Source of the DNA: Camelus ferus
Lineage: Eukaryota
DNA: 64,000 bases
Direction: 5' to 3'
Assembly: GCF_009834535.1 (NCBI RefSeq)
Contig: NC_045696.1
Coordinates: 94,180,001 to 94,244,000, forward strand
Shown: positions 25,476 through 37,970 of the stretch, one piece after another
Layout of the letters: each line of letters opens with the position of its first letter
Position numbering within the stretch: the stretch's first letter is position 1
Translations under genes and position numbers: made by a program
The notes under the pieces: generated by a model
The model's input: only the letters and a program-made list of their open reading frames with translations
What the model was told of the DNA's origin: nothing
Database searches by the model: none

Positions 25476-26739
25476 AAAAAAAAAAAAACAAAGACTTGCA
25501 GGTATTTCCTTACTGAACTTATCAGTCCACAGCAAAGCTTGTCTGTATAGGGAGGGTTTCCTTCCCTTCAGTTCTGTTCCTTTTCCTTCTTTGTCTCCCT
25601 GCTCCCCACCCCGTGCCCTCTGCCAATTCCTTGAGATGTTTTCTTGAAACTCCATCCATCTTCCTACAAACCAGACAGAATCTCTTACCCCTTTTCTTAC
25701 CTTGTCATTCAGTCATTACTTGCAAGGAACAAAAACACACTGAAAATAGCTCAACAACAAAAAAGAAGTTAATGTTATTTGAAGCATTGCTATCTGAGAC
25801 AGGGAAAAGAGGTGGACTTCATGCAGACGAGACGAAGTGAGTCCAGTTTCCAGGAAAAATCAGAAAACAAAGCCAAGAAAGCCACTTTATGTACTGGCTT
25901 ACTTTGAGTTCTAGTATGGACAACTAGCTCCATCAGCAGTGACTGGTGAGAGATATGCGTGACATGTGTGTTGAAGGGGAATGAATAGGCAGGTTACATG
26001 ACCCAAAAGAAGTCCTCTGGGATGCAGAAGAGTTTCTAAGAAGAAGGCATGCAAATAGTCTTGTCAAATGTACTGCAATCTCTGAAATCAATAATTTGTG
26101 ATATCTTGGTACAGCATTAATAACAATGATTATTTTCATGGTGGGGACACTGCTAGGATACTTGTTAAACCAAAAGTGTTTCTTTTGCTGTCCTCAAAAG
26201 CGCAGTTGTAAAGATCAAGGAAATGGTCATTCTGACTGTCAAGGACCTTAGGCCATACATTTCTTCATCTTTAAAATTCAAATAGCAAGATTTGATGTAT
26301 TATCTAATTTTCTAACAGTGATAGCACATCAATAGTGGTAGATATTATAAGCAAAAACATTATCTCTTCATATTACTTTCCATCCAGGACCTTTAAATAT
26401 TCTTTTGTTAATTATCATATATATAAGCCTTTTTCTATTAAAAGGATAGACTGTTAACACCCAGTAAAAGACTCTCAGGGAATAAAGGGAATACATCAGA
26501 TGTTAACAATGGTTGTCTTTGGTAAGGAAGATTTGTGAATGATTCCCTTTCATTTAAAAATATGTTAAATATTCTATAATGAATAGTATTGCTTTAATAA
26601 TAGAAAATTAACTTTATAAAAATAATGGTAAAAGAGAAGTGGGCTATTTTCTAGGTATTTGTTGATTTGTAAGCTACAGGGCCAGAGATCCAAAACCAAG
26701 CAAAAAGTAAACATCAAGCAAAGATTTCAGTAGTCTCAC

Positions 26740-27950
26740 TTCTTTGCTGCGGAGACAAAAATTGGAGGAAAGAATATCCCAAATGTAAAAACCTTGGGAA
26801 ACATCCCAAGCTCTCAGTAAGGAAACTCTGGAGAGAGGGTTGGCTGTTTTATATGCTAGGAGATAGAGTACAAACCTCATAGTTTGAAATACAGCCTCAG
26901 GTCACCGAGACTGAGACAATCTGCAAGCACTCTCGCTGGCTGCCAGAAAATGAGGTGAGGAGTCTCTCTGGAGGTGGATATCATCATCCAGAGCCTCTCA
27001 AATTTTTCATGCACAATGACTGTATTTCAAAAAAATTACTGGGCATGTCCAAGAGAAAAAGATAAACAAGAGGAACTGGCCCTATGGCTGATGCAGATTA
27101 TTGCAACAGAAAACTAAGACTTTAAATTCATGGTAATTAATATGTTCAAGATAATCGAGGGTGAGACAGGCAATTTAACCAGTGATCTAAAATCCATAAA
27201 AGGAAATTGTAGAACTAAACATATAATTTAAAATAAAAATGCAGTAGATGTGTTTAACAGCAGATTGACACATCTGACAAAAGGATATATGTCTAGAAAG
27301 ACAAGAAAGACTGAAGCACAGTAAGTAAAAGAACGGGAAATACAAAAAGATCACAAAAGACACATGGACACAATGATAAGTTCCTATATATGTAATTTTT
27401 AGAACAGAAGGAGAAACCGTGGATGGAGCAAAAGCAACACTGGAAGACCAAATGATTGAGAATATTTCAAAAGTGATGAGAGTAATTAGGCTAAAGATTC
27501 ATGCAGAGCTTTGATCCCAAGCATGGATAAATTGGGAAAACAAACCAACAAAAAAAACCCATGTGACTGCATCATAGTAAAACTGTTTCAAACCACGTTA
27601 AGAAATAATATATAAAGTACAGACAAACTTGAGACAAAAAGATATATTAACCTTCACAAGATCAACAATAAACTAATAACTGACTTCTCAAGAGGGTCAA
27701 TGCAAGTCAGACAACGGAATGGCATCTTTAAAGTGGTGAAAGAAAGAAAACAGCCAACCTGGAATTATTCTTTCCTTAGTGAAAAGTTTCTTCAATAATA
27801 GAGGTGAGCTCAAAATATTTGTAGACAATGATTATGAGAATTCTTCACTGAGAGGCCAGGACTACAAGAAATACCAAAGGGAAATGATTCCATAGAGAAG
27901 CACAGAAATGAGAAAGGAATGAAAAGCAACAAAATGGTAACTATGTGAGT
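26740..27950 (+). mobile_element. Old L1M/HAL1 5'UTR-ORF1 remnant
   Basis: A-rich ORF1-like run including CATCATAGTAAAACTG, CTGACTTCTCA, GGAATGGCATCTTTAAAGTG and CCAACCTGGAATT. Confidence 0.65.
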
Positions 27951-29182
27951 AACTCTAAGCAATTATTCACCATGCCAAGCAACAACAATCCTGATTTCCC
28001 AAGAAGTTTAGTATAATTGTTAAACTTAATATTTAATAAATCCTTTTCAAGAAAGCATATCTTTTCTTTCCAACTGAAGTTCCCTTTCCTTTGAGCTATG
28101 GGAAATCTTCTTCTTCTAATAGCTGAACAATGAGATGTCATCTAGGCTTATTTTATTTTTATTTATTTATTTATTTTGTCTTATTTGATTTTTGCTAATG
28201 TGTATGATGACAGCAGCACCCCAGCCCTTTCCCTGGCCCCTGACTGCTCCCTTGGTCAGATTTAGATTTGGGAAGGGCCATTGTGTACAGCAGATCTTTT
28301 GTCTTAATTCTGGTGCCTAGATTACATTTGTATCTTGCCTGACTGTTTTTGTTTTTGTTTTTTGTGATTTTATTTTTGTATAATTGCTCCAACCATATAC
28401 TGTCTCTGTAAAGGAAAGCTCCCAGGGCTCTTTTTTTTTTTTTTCTGCCTTTGCATATCCACTCTTTTTCTTTTTTGGAAATGACTCCATACCCCAAGAT
28501 AATATTTGCTCACACCTTTATCACTGATGTATCCAGGTGCTTACAGCTTTGAAGGACACGTTTACAAAATACTTCCCATGTAGGAAAGAGGATTTTTTTT
28601 TTTTTTTTTTTTGGATTTTGTGACAAGAACCACTGCAGGATTACTGAATTAGGGACAGACACTGAAAAAGAAAAGACAGGGTCTTGGGGTTTTATTTTTA
28701 AATATATATACCCTATTTACAGCCATAGCTGCTGTCCTAGTTCAGAGGTTTGGACATGCATGGTCAAGGATTACACAGAGTCTGCCTGGAAGAGGGGGCT
28801 TCATTGCACAGGCTAATGATTTACTGCCATTTCAAATGGATATTCTTCAAATGTTTGTTTAATATTTATGTAGTGGGAACAGGAAGGGGGGCCTAACCTT
28901 TAAATTAATAAACTGCCTACCTATTTATTTATGTTTAAACTGTGTAATTTATTTTATACTGAACATTACATAGTGTTTTATTTTACTCTATATTATCCTT
29001 TACCTTACAATCTTTCTATTACTCATAGTTTAGATGGTGTTAGTCATTCAATCAGTAAGCTTCGAGGTAATCACAAGGTTACAGTCTTATTCAAAATATA
29101 TTTAAAAGTCCTTTTTGCATGTGTTCATGGTGGGAAAAAAAATGTTCCCTACTTCTCTAGTCATCGATTTCTCTATTTTCTT

Positions 29183-29464
29183 GTTTTTCTTTTTATTGAG
29201 ATACAATGACATACAGCATTGTGTCAGTTTAAGGTATACAACATGTTGATTTATATATTGCAGCACGATTACTATAATATTAGCTAGCAGGTCACGTAGT
29301 TATCATTTCTTTTTTGTGGTAAGAACGATTAAAATCTGGTCTCTTAGCAACTTGGAAGTTCATAATACAGTATTGTTGACTATGATCACCATGCTGTGTG
29401 CAGAGATCTCCAGAATGTATTTATCTGCCAGTTGCAAGTTTGTACCCTTAAACAACATCTCCCC
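29183..29464 (-). mobile_element. L1MA9-like 3' end
   Basis: TTTAAGGTATACAACATGTTGATTT, CTCTTAGCAAC..TACAGTATTGTTGACTATGATCACCATGCTGT, TTGTACCCTT. Confidence 0.8.
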
Positions 29465-30574
29465 GATATTCTTGTGAAAGTCCCTCAATCCATTGCTTTT
29501 CTAGAAGGCACATGGATGTTTAAAACTGGGCTGATAAAGCCTACTGCTGGTCATTAGACTGTGCATGCGTGATTCTGGCTGGAAGCTCCCGCTGACACTG
29601 ATAGTGTCAGCTGGCTCTCAGCTGGCTGGTCTCTGAGCTGGGGGTGGGCTCGCCAGCAGCTGTGACTTGACTACAGCAAACTGGCTGCAGAACCACACAA
29701 GCGAGATAGAGGGGTGCTAGTGAGGCATGTCTGAAACCAGTGTCCACTTGAGGGCACTGTCTACTCCAGTGGAACTGTAACTAAATGACGCTCTGGCAGT
29801 TAAATCAGAAATTCTGCCGGGAAAGCCCAGTAAATTGGCAGCAATGCCTAATTTCCTGCAATGGAACTGCAGCACTCTTAATTGGTGTGGCCTCAGGCAG
29901 CTTCTTGGCCTGTGGCTCAGTTGTGTTTCTCAGGCTAACCCTATTGATACCTCATCTAGTGGAATTCCCACCCCTCCTTCTCAACACTGTCTTCTGTAAG
30001 TTTTATTTGTTGTAATCTTGGTGTTTCTTTTGTTGTTCTTTTGTTTTTTGTTTTTTGCCATTTAGCATATCTTTAATGAATGCTTTAGATCAGATTAGGA
30101 GAGTGTTTCAGACCATATCGTCACATAAAATGGGTCTAACTGGGATTGTTGTTCCAACACTTACTGGTGCTTCTGCTCTTATTTTCAATCTAGTACCATT
30201 CCTTCAGGAGAAGCAAAATGAACCGTACCTTAGGGTTAAATTTCCTAATCCATATTCCCAATGCAAGTTGAAAAGGTTATACTTGAACAACATTTTACAG
30301 TTTTATAAGAGTTTTCCATTGTGGAAAGAATCTGGCCCCATGTATGGTGACAGCAAGGAAAGAAAGACTGGAGGACTCTGAATTAGGACATTGGTTGGCT
30401 TTCTTCTCAGCCTCTAGAATCTACTTTGACAAACAAGGATGGATTTATATATTTTCTTGTCTAGTTTATATGAGAAATTTGTTTTCTTCCTAGGGATGGA
30501 TGGCTCTGATTGTGTGTGTATGTGTGTGTGAGTCGTGCTAAATAAATTACCTGAGCTTTAAGAATCCACTTTGT

Positions 30575-31380
30575 GGCCATCATTAATAAGTCCACAAATG
30601 AAAAATGCTGGAGAGGGTGTGGAGAAAAGAGAATCTTCCTACACTGCTAGTGGGAATGTAGCTTGGTGCAGCCATTATGGAAAACAGTATGGAGGTTCCT
30701 CAAAAAACTAAAACTAGACTTAACATATGTTCCAGCAATCCCACTCCTGGGCGTATTTTCAGAGGGAACTCTAATTTGAAAAGATACATGCACCCCAATG
30801 TTCACAGCAGCACTATTTACAATGGCCAAGTCATGGGAACAACCCAAATCTCCATCAACAGACGACTGGATGGAAGTTGTGGTATATTTATACAATGGAA
30901 TAGTACTCAGCCATAAGAAAGAATAAAATAATGCCATTCGCCGCAACATGCATGGACCTAGAGTTCGTCATTCTAAGTGAAGTAAGCCAGAAAGAGAATG
31001 AAAAATACCAAATGATATCACTCATATGTGGAATCCATCCCCCAAAAAAAAGAAAAAGAAAAAAGAGGACAATAATGAATTCATCTACAAAACAGAAACA
31101 GACTCACAGATATAGTAAACAATCTTATGGTTACCAGGGGAAACGGGGTGGGAAGGGATAAACTGGGAGTTTGAGATTTGCAAATAGATAAAAAACAAAT
31201 GTCTTCTGTATAGTACAGGGAGGTATATTCAGTATCTTCTAATAACCTTTAATGAAAAAGGATATGAAAATAAATATATGTATATATACACATGACTGGG
31301 ACATTGTGCTGTACACCAGAAATTGACACACTGTAACTGACTATATTTCAATTAAAAAAAACAAAGATTAAAAAAAAAAA
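30575..31380 (+). mobile_element. 5'-truncated young camelid L1 3' end
   Basis: ORF2 C-terminal remnant and poly(A); TSD AAGAATCCACTTTGT / AAGAATCCATTTTGT preceded by TTT (L1 endonuclease site). Confidence 0.93.
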
Positions 31381-32399
31381 GAATCCATTTTGTTCTCTTT
31401 CCATTTTTCATCACATTTTAGTATTTTCTGGCATCCACTGAACATATGGCACCCTGTCAATAATCACTTCTTTCTAAGTTCCAAGTTATTCTCTTGACCA
31501 CATGGATGGTGGCAGGATAAGATAAGGAGGAATAAGTTTCAGTTTGCCTTTGATACGTTTAACATATTTAAAAATATTTATAGTAGATGTTTAACAAATT
31601 TAGAGCATTTTTATGAGGATGGGATTATTTTATATTGTTGTTTATTTCTTTTCCCATTACATCTGTTTTGAACACTTAAAAGACTAATTTGAAATATTTC
31701 ATTTTTGAAAAGTTAGAAATATTTCAGGTTCATAGCATGTCACATGAGATTAAAATGTTTCAATATATTTATTCCATGGAGAAACACTGGGTTAAGATAT
31801 ACAACACAGTTCATAGGATAATCCCTAAGTGAACTGTATCAAGACCTATAGTTGATTGTATTTAATAGCTTAGTATTATTGGGAGGATTTGATTGTTAAC
31901 CTTCTCTTTTTAACTGAAGGAAGAAGGCTTTTTCTTCTGACTAACTAGGTGGTAATATACTAAAAAAGGAATAAAATGTTACATAAAACCTTAAAATATT
32001 TCTATCTTTCCTAAAGTGTTGCAAATCTACTATTTATTAAATATACAGAATTAAAATAAAAACATTCTAAGAACTAGGTAATGAAAATACTAAAATTTGC
32101 TCATAATGTAAAAAGTAAAAGTAAACCATTCAAATATACACACACACACTGAAAGGGAGTTTGAATATTTGGAAAACTTTTAGGCAAAGGGGGCTTTAGG
32201 TAAAGTGGCTTTAGGAAATACAATCTATTTTTGTGACTATTCTTAAAGTTTCTAAATCTATCATAAAATTTATTCACATTTATGTAAACGTTGCACATAA
32301 CTATTCAGAAACACATATTTACCCTCCAACACATTCCAAAGTATTTATACTATAATGTATGCATGTTTATATATGTGCATATATTATGTCTATATACTT

Positions 32400-32945
32400 A
32401 TGTATCAATTATCTATTATCATAATAATATTGCATAACAAACAAACATGACACCTTAAAGGAATAAAATAATACACATCTGTTTATCTCACACTGACAGG
32501 ATCAGGTGCTCTTGGCTGGCTGGTGTACCTGCAGTCAGGTTGGGTGACAAGACAGCTCTGTTGATCATGGATCTGGGTCTCTCACACATTAGAAATGGAC
32601 TGGTTTTGGCTGATGCAGAATGGCCTTGGCTGAAATGACTAGGTGTTGTGGTCCTGCTCCACGTTTCTTTCAAACACCAGCAGACTAGCCTGGCCATGTT
32701 CATAGGTGTATAAGTGCAGGAGCAATGGCAGATACAAGTGCTGTTTTTTTTTTTTTTCAAGGCCTGAATGCACCATCACTGCTAGCCTCTCACTGAGGAA
32801 AGCAGACTCACACAGATGAATTCAAAATCAAAAGGGAAATATATTCCATCCTTGTTTGAGGGAAGACATGCAAAGTCATAAAGCAAAGAATGTGAATGAA
32901 GGGAGAGGTGAAAAACTGGAGGATTAATGCCATCAACCTATTGAA
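32400..32945 (-). mobile_element. MaLR solo LTR (MLT1H-like)
   Basis: TGTATCAATTATCTATT..GCATAACAAAC start, CAGCAGACTAGCCTGGCCATGTTC, GCAAAGTCA..GGGAGAGGTGAAAAACTGG end. Confidence 0.7.
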
Positions 32946-35599
32946 ACTTTTATATTAAGGTTTTAAAATAAGACTCACCTTAATAGAATTAGGAGTTTTT
33001 GGACAAGGACTATCCATAATGCATAAGCCTTGAAATTTTCTCTAATATTAAGTGAAGACAACAGTTTTGCTTTGACACATATTTTAATATTAATTTTTTC
33101 TTTTAATTATAAATAAGATTCCACTAGTGAAGGTGGAAGTGAGTACTCCATGAAAGAATTTGAAGGAACATGGTAAACAGTGGAGAGGAAAATACTGGGC
33201 ATGATGCGTGTAACGACGTTTCGGATTTCTGTGACATTACTGTTCCCTCTCTGCTTGTAATGTGTCTCGCACTTCTCTTCTTCCCTCATGTTCAGACATC
33301 ATAGAAACACTTAATGGCACTTAAGCTGCATCAGCCCAAAGAAAACAAATGAACAAGCTAAAATAAATGGATTTCACTTCCAAATTCAAAGCATGAGACC
33401 GGGAGAAAAAAAAATTCAAGGATTTGGAAAATAGTTCTGGCAGTCAGCCACTTAGAGGGTGTTTGCCTGGGGATTTTATGCCCATATAAGATGCAGCAGA
33501 GTGGGAGGGAAAGAAAAGTAGAGATCAAAGCTGTATAATCTACATCACGAAATTGCGGAGATGCAAAAGAATAAAGTGAGGCTAGGATCATGTGAGAGAT
33601 ACAGATTTAGTTTCTCAGAACAAAGGAGCTTGAGTCTCATCCTTCTACTGCTTATTTCTAAATATTTGTAGGTTTGACAAGCAATGCTCCAATTATCCCC
33701 TCCTAGCTATTAAATCCACTCTGCATTAGTAATACTTTTGGAAACCTTACGTGCTAAGTTGCTTCCTCCTGGAAAAGCAAGCCTTTTTCCTTTATGCGTG
33801 CTTAACAAAGACTAAGGATAATTAGGGGGGAAAAAGGACTGAAAGATGAAGTATTCAAAATTTCTCTGGACTATGACTTCATTTTAAAGACCAGTGTTTT
33901 AGGAGAGAAGAGAAAAATAAACTACTATTAAAAACAAGAAGAAACCTCCTATAACCTCTTACAAATTGTAAACATGTAAAATATTTGAAAAGCTCTATCT
34001 TGACTGCTAGAATATTTTGTACTCAAACTGTAACCTTGAGAAACAGTTTCTAATGAATTGGTTTGAATCATGTATGCTTGGGGTTGTTCTTAGGACCATT
34101 CAGTTACTTTAGGAAAGAGAAGAAAGTCAAGGGACCAACAGACAACGGAGATAACATAAATCTGATTTTGCTAGCACATGCTTTTAAAATCCTTAGCTCC
34201 TATTATTTAAAAACTACATCCAACAACTACTTAGGTAATTCACTCCACTATCAGCAGTCCTTAACGGTTTTGAGATAAAGATCCCTTGAGAGATTAATCT
34301 GAACTCTGCTTCCATGGAACATTGAGAAACCAAAATTTTAGATCTACTTTGTAGAAAGGAACTAGTGATTTTTAGTTCTACTGAAAAACAGTATAACCCT
34401 GTTGAGTTTAAAAATATAAAATTCATGAAATAATGTTGTTAATTATATTGAGATGACCAAATGGAGAATTTTTACCACCCAATAATAATAACAATTATGT
34501 TATTGATAAATTGGTATATAATTAAAGCATTTTACGGGCATTATGTGAGTTCATCCTCAAAACAATTCTATTATTTTTAATATCATTATCAATATAATGA
34601 TCATTATTATTACTTTATGATTAAAGCTACTGAAACCTTAGTTTAAATAATTTCTTCAAAATTGTTTTCTTATACACTATTTACACTTTATACACATTTT
34701 TCTGTGCAGTGTAGTTCATTTTCCTTATCTGTAAGTGCTCAGTAATAGTCCCTACCTCACAATAGAGAATTAATTGAGAAAATACACATAAACACTTAGA
34801 ATAATGCATGGCATATACCAAATGCTTAATAAATGTAATTATCATGATAATGAATATATTTAATCAGAATTCAAATAACAATGGTGAAAAAGAAACGATA
34901 CATTTAAAAAAGTGTTGAGAGTAAATTAATTTTAAAAAAACAAGAAAACTCCTAGATAGTTTAGGATAAGCAAATATTTAATCTCATGACATCTACATAA
35001 TATATCTTTACAGACCACTGAAAATTGATGTTTAAAATCATGTGGATTTAATAGAAGATTCAACCGTTATTTAACCATGTTAAATGTGTATTATGAAACC
35101 AGTAGTCTACTTCAACTTTGGATACCTAGTAAAACAGGAAATTTTTTTCTCTTAAGCCCTGGAGACAATAGGATAGTATGTTCACAACTAAGCAAGTTGT
35201 GTTCTAGAAAACTCCTTTATATGGGAGGTACCTCTCCCCTCTGTACACCAATCCCCAGGCTCGATTTCTGAGAACGAGTACAGGGCACATATCAACAAAT
35301 ACACAGGTTTATTTTTGGTAAGCGCTTCCAACCTGAGCCCTGCGGGCCTTCTTTCCTTTCCTGATGGTCTAAACAGAATATGACCTCTTTATAACTCAAC
35401 CTATCTCACTGCTTCTCCATCTCTGACATACAGGAGTTTCCAAAGATGGAAGACACCTTTCTACTTAACACAGAAAGAGAGCAAGCAAATGTAACAACCC
35501 TGTCAGGATGGATAACTTTCCACATTTTGTCTGTAACTCTGATCTCTGTAACTGTTTAGTCTTAGTCCTAGAGTTAATTAAAGGGAATTAATACTCACC

Positions 35600-36146
35600 A
35601 CCAGTATTGTTTGCCACTGTGTCTCCATTTATTTCTTGGGTGGCTGAAATTCACTCCATGTTTCTTCAAAAGAATTCATAGGCACTACACATCCTGAATT
35701 CTTGCAGGTTTAGTTTGCTGCTTTTATTCTTACATGGGAATTTGGGTGGATATGAAACTGAGTTACAATCTCATTCTTTAAATAAACACCGTAGGCGTTA
35801 ACTCCATTGTCTTCTAACTGTTCCTGCGGAAATTTTGGAAACGAGCTGGGTGTTCTACCATTTATCTGTAGATATTCTGATCTTTGTACATAAACATTTG
35901 AAAGGCTCTTTTATCACTTTCGAAGTCAAGAGGTTTTATTATTCCAAAATAAATCGGATATTCTATATTCATTTTTTCCCCTGGGACATGCTGTTCTTTT
36001 TCTGTCTCTGGATTCATTATTTTTTTCTAATTTCTGAAAATGTTTTTGCATTATATTTTCAAATATTTTTATGTCATTATTTTCTCACCTTTAGGGGAAC
36101 CATTTATGTATATGTTTCATTCCATAGTAATTATTTTTTTCTGTAG
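35600..36146 (-). mobile_element. Ancient L1M ORF1-region fragment (continues after 37986)
   Basis: Antisense old-L1 motifs CTCCATTGTCTTCTAAC and ATTTCTGAAAATGTTT. Confidence 0.5.
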
Positions 36147-36162
36147 TCCTCTTTAGCTCTTT

Positions 36163-37970
36163 TTTTCCCAAGTTTTATTGAAAAATAATTGACATATACC
36201 TATGTGTTTTACGTTGTGTATAGCTTGATGGTTTGATTTACATATATTATGAAATGATCACCAGAGTAAGATTAATTAGCATCTATCATATCATATAGAT
36301 ACAATAAAAAGAAAAGAAAAAAAGCAATGTTTAAATTTATAAACATAAAAAGAGATGAAGATTTAATACCTCCATCTCTCCTCCTTTATCATCTCCTCAA
36401 AATTTTATCACTTTTAATTATATCAATAATTAGTATTTCCATCATTATAACAATGTAAATATTGTTCACTGTAAAACCTATTAGAATACTGTGATTACAT
36501 GTCCTTTCTTTCTTTTTTTAATTGACATATAATTGACCTACAACACTATGTTAGTTCCAGCTTCACAACACAGTAATTTAATATTTCTGTACATTACAAA
36601 ATGATCACAATGAGTCTACTTACCATTTGTCTCCATACAAAGAGTACAATATCATTGACTATATTCATTTTATTTTGTACCTAGAAATTTGTACCTCTTA
36701 ATCTCCCTCACTGATTTCTCTCCTTCCTCTACTCCCTTCCTCTCTGGCAATCATCTATTTGTTCTCTGCATCTATGAGTCTGTTTCTGTTCTGTTATGTT
36801 TATTCATTTATTTTGTTTTTTAGATTCCATAGATACGAGAAATCATATGGCATTTGTCTTTCTCTGTCTGATTCATCTGACTTAGCATAATACACTCTAG
36901 GTCCATCCATGTTGTTGCAAATGGCAAGACTTCATTATCTTTTATGTCTGAGTAATATACCATGGTCATATACCATTGTATATATATGTATATATACACA
37001 CACACATATATATACATACTACATATATACATATATATACACACACACATATACACGCTACAACTTCTTCATCCATTCGTCTATTGATGGATATTTTGGT
37101 TGCTTCCATAGCTTAGCTATGGTAAATAATGACGCTATGGACACTAGGGTTCATGAATCTTTTCAAATTAGTGTCTTCATCCTTTTCAGTTACATACCCG
37201 GGAGTGGGGATCTGAGGGTGGTGCCAAACTGCTGGTGGGAAGGGCCAGGTCCCTGAGCAGCTGGCTGCAAGGCCCAGGGGTGCTGGGACTGACCCACTGG
37301 TGGGCAGGTAAGCACCCAGCACTAAACGGGTAAAAGGCAGGCTCTGAAATGGTACTCGCCAGCACCAGTGTCTTTGTGGTAGAACGAGCTCCCTAAACGG
37401 CTGCCACCAGCATCTATGTCCCCAAAGGGAGTCTCAGCTGCCTCTTGTCTCTCCAGGAGCTTCTCCAAGATCAGCAAATGGTTTGGACCCAAAGTCCTTT
37501 CAAATTACTGGCCCTGTGCTGAGACTCAGAGCATGTGAGATTTTGCAGGCTCCCTTTAAGGGCAGAGTCTCTGTTTCATACAGCCTTCCAGCTCTCCAGT
37601 AAGAAAGCCTGTTGGCCTTCAAAGCCAGATATTATGGGGGCTCATCTTCTCGGTGCAGAACCCCCAGGATGAGTAGCCTAAAGTGGCACTGAGACCCCTG
37701 CCTCTTGGGGACCATCTCCGCATTGGTGATTATCCTCCCGTTTCCGGGTTGCCTAACTGGGGATATGGGCATTGACTAGATCATGTTTCTGCCCCTTCTG
37801 CACATCTCGTTGTGGTTCCTTCTTTATACCTTTAGCTGTGGAAAATCATTTCTGCTAGTCTTCAGGTCATTCTCATTGACAGTTGCTCTATAAATAGTTG
37901 TAATTTTGGTGTGCCCATGGGAGGAGGTGAGCTCAGGGTCTTCCTACTCTGCCATCGTGGTCCAAGCAAC
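36163..37970 (-). mobile_element. Composite L1 insertion: 5'UTR fused to 3' end, plus a putative 3' transduction
   Basis: Minus strand starts ..GATGGCAGAGTAGGAAGACCCTGAGCTCACCTCCTCCC (L1 5' end), joins the ORF2 C-terminus/3'UTR at about 37205; TSD-like TCCTCTTTAGCTCTTT (36147-36162) / TCCTCTTTACCTATTT (37971-37986). Confidence 0.75.
36978..37056. repeat. Mixed (TA)n/(CA)n microsatellite expanded inside L1
   Basis: Direct reading. Confidence 0.9.

Noticed and set aside
33118..33172. Possible coding micro-exon (STSEGGSEYSMKEFEGT)
   Set aside because: Weak acceptor, unrecognised peptide and no supported neighbouring exons.
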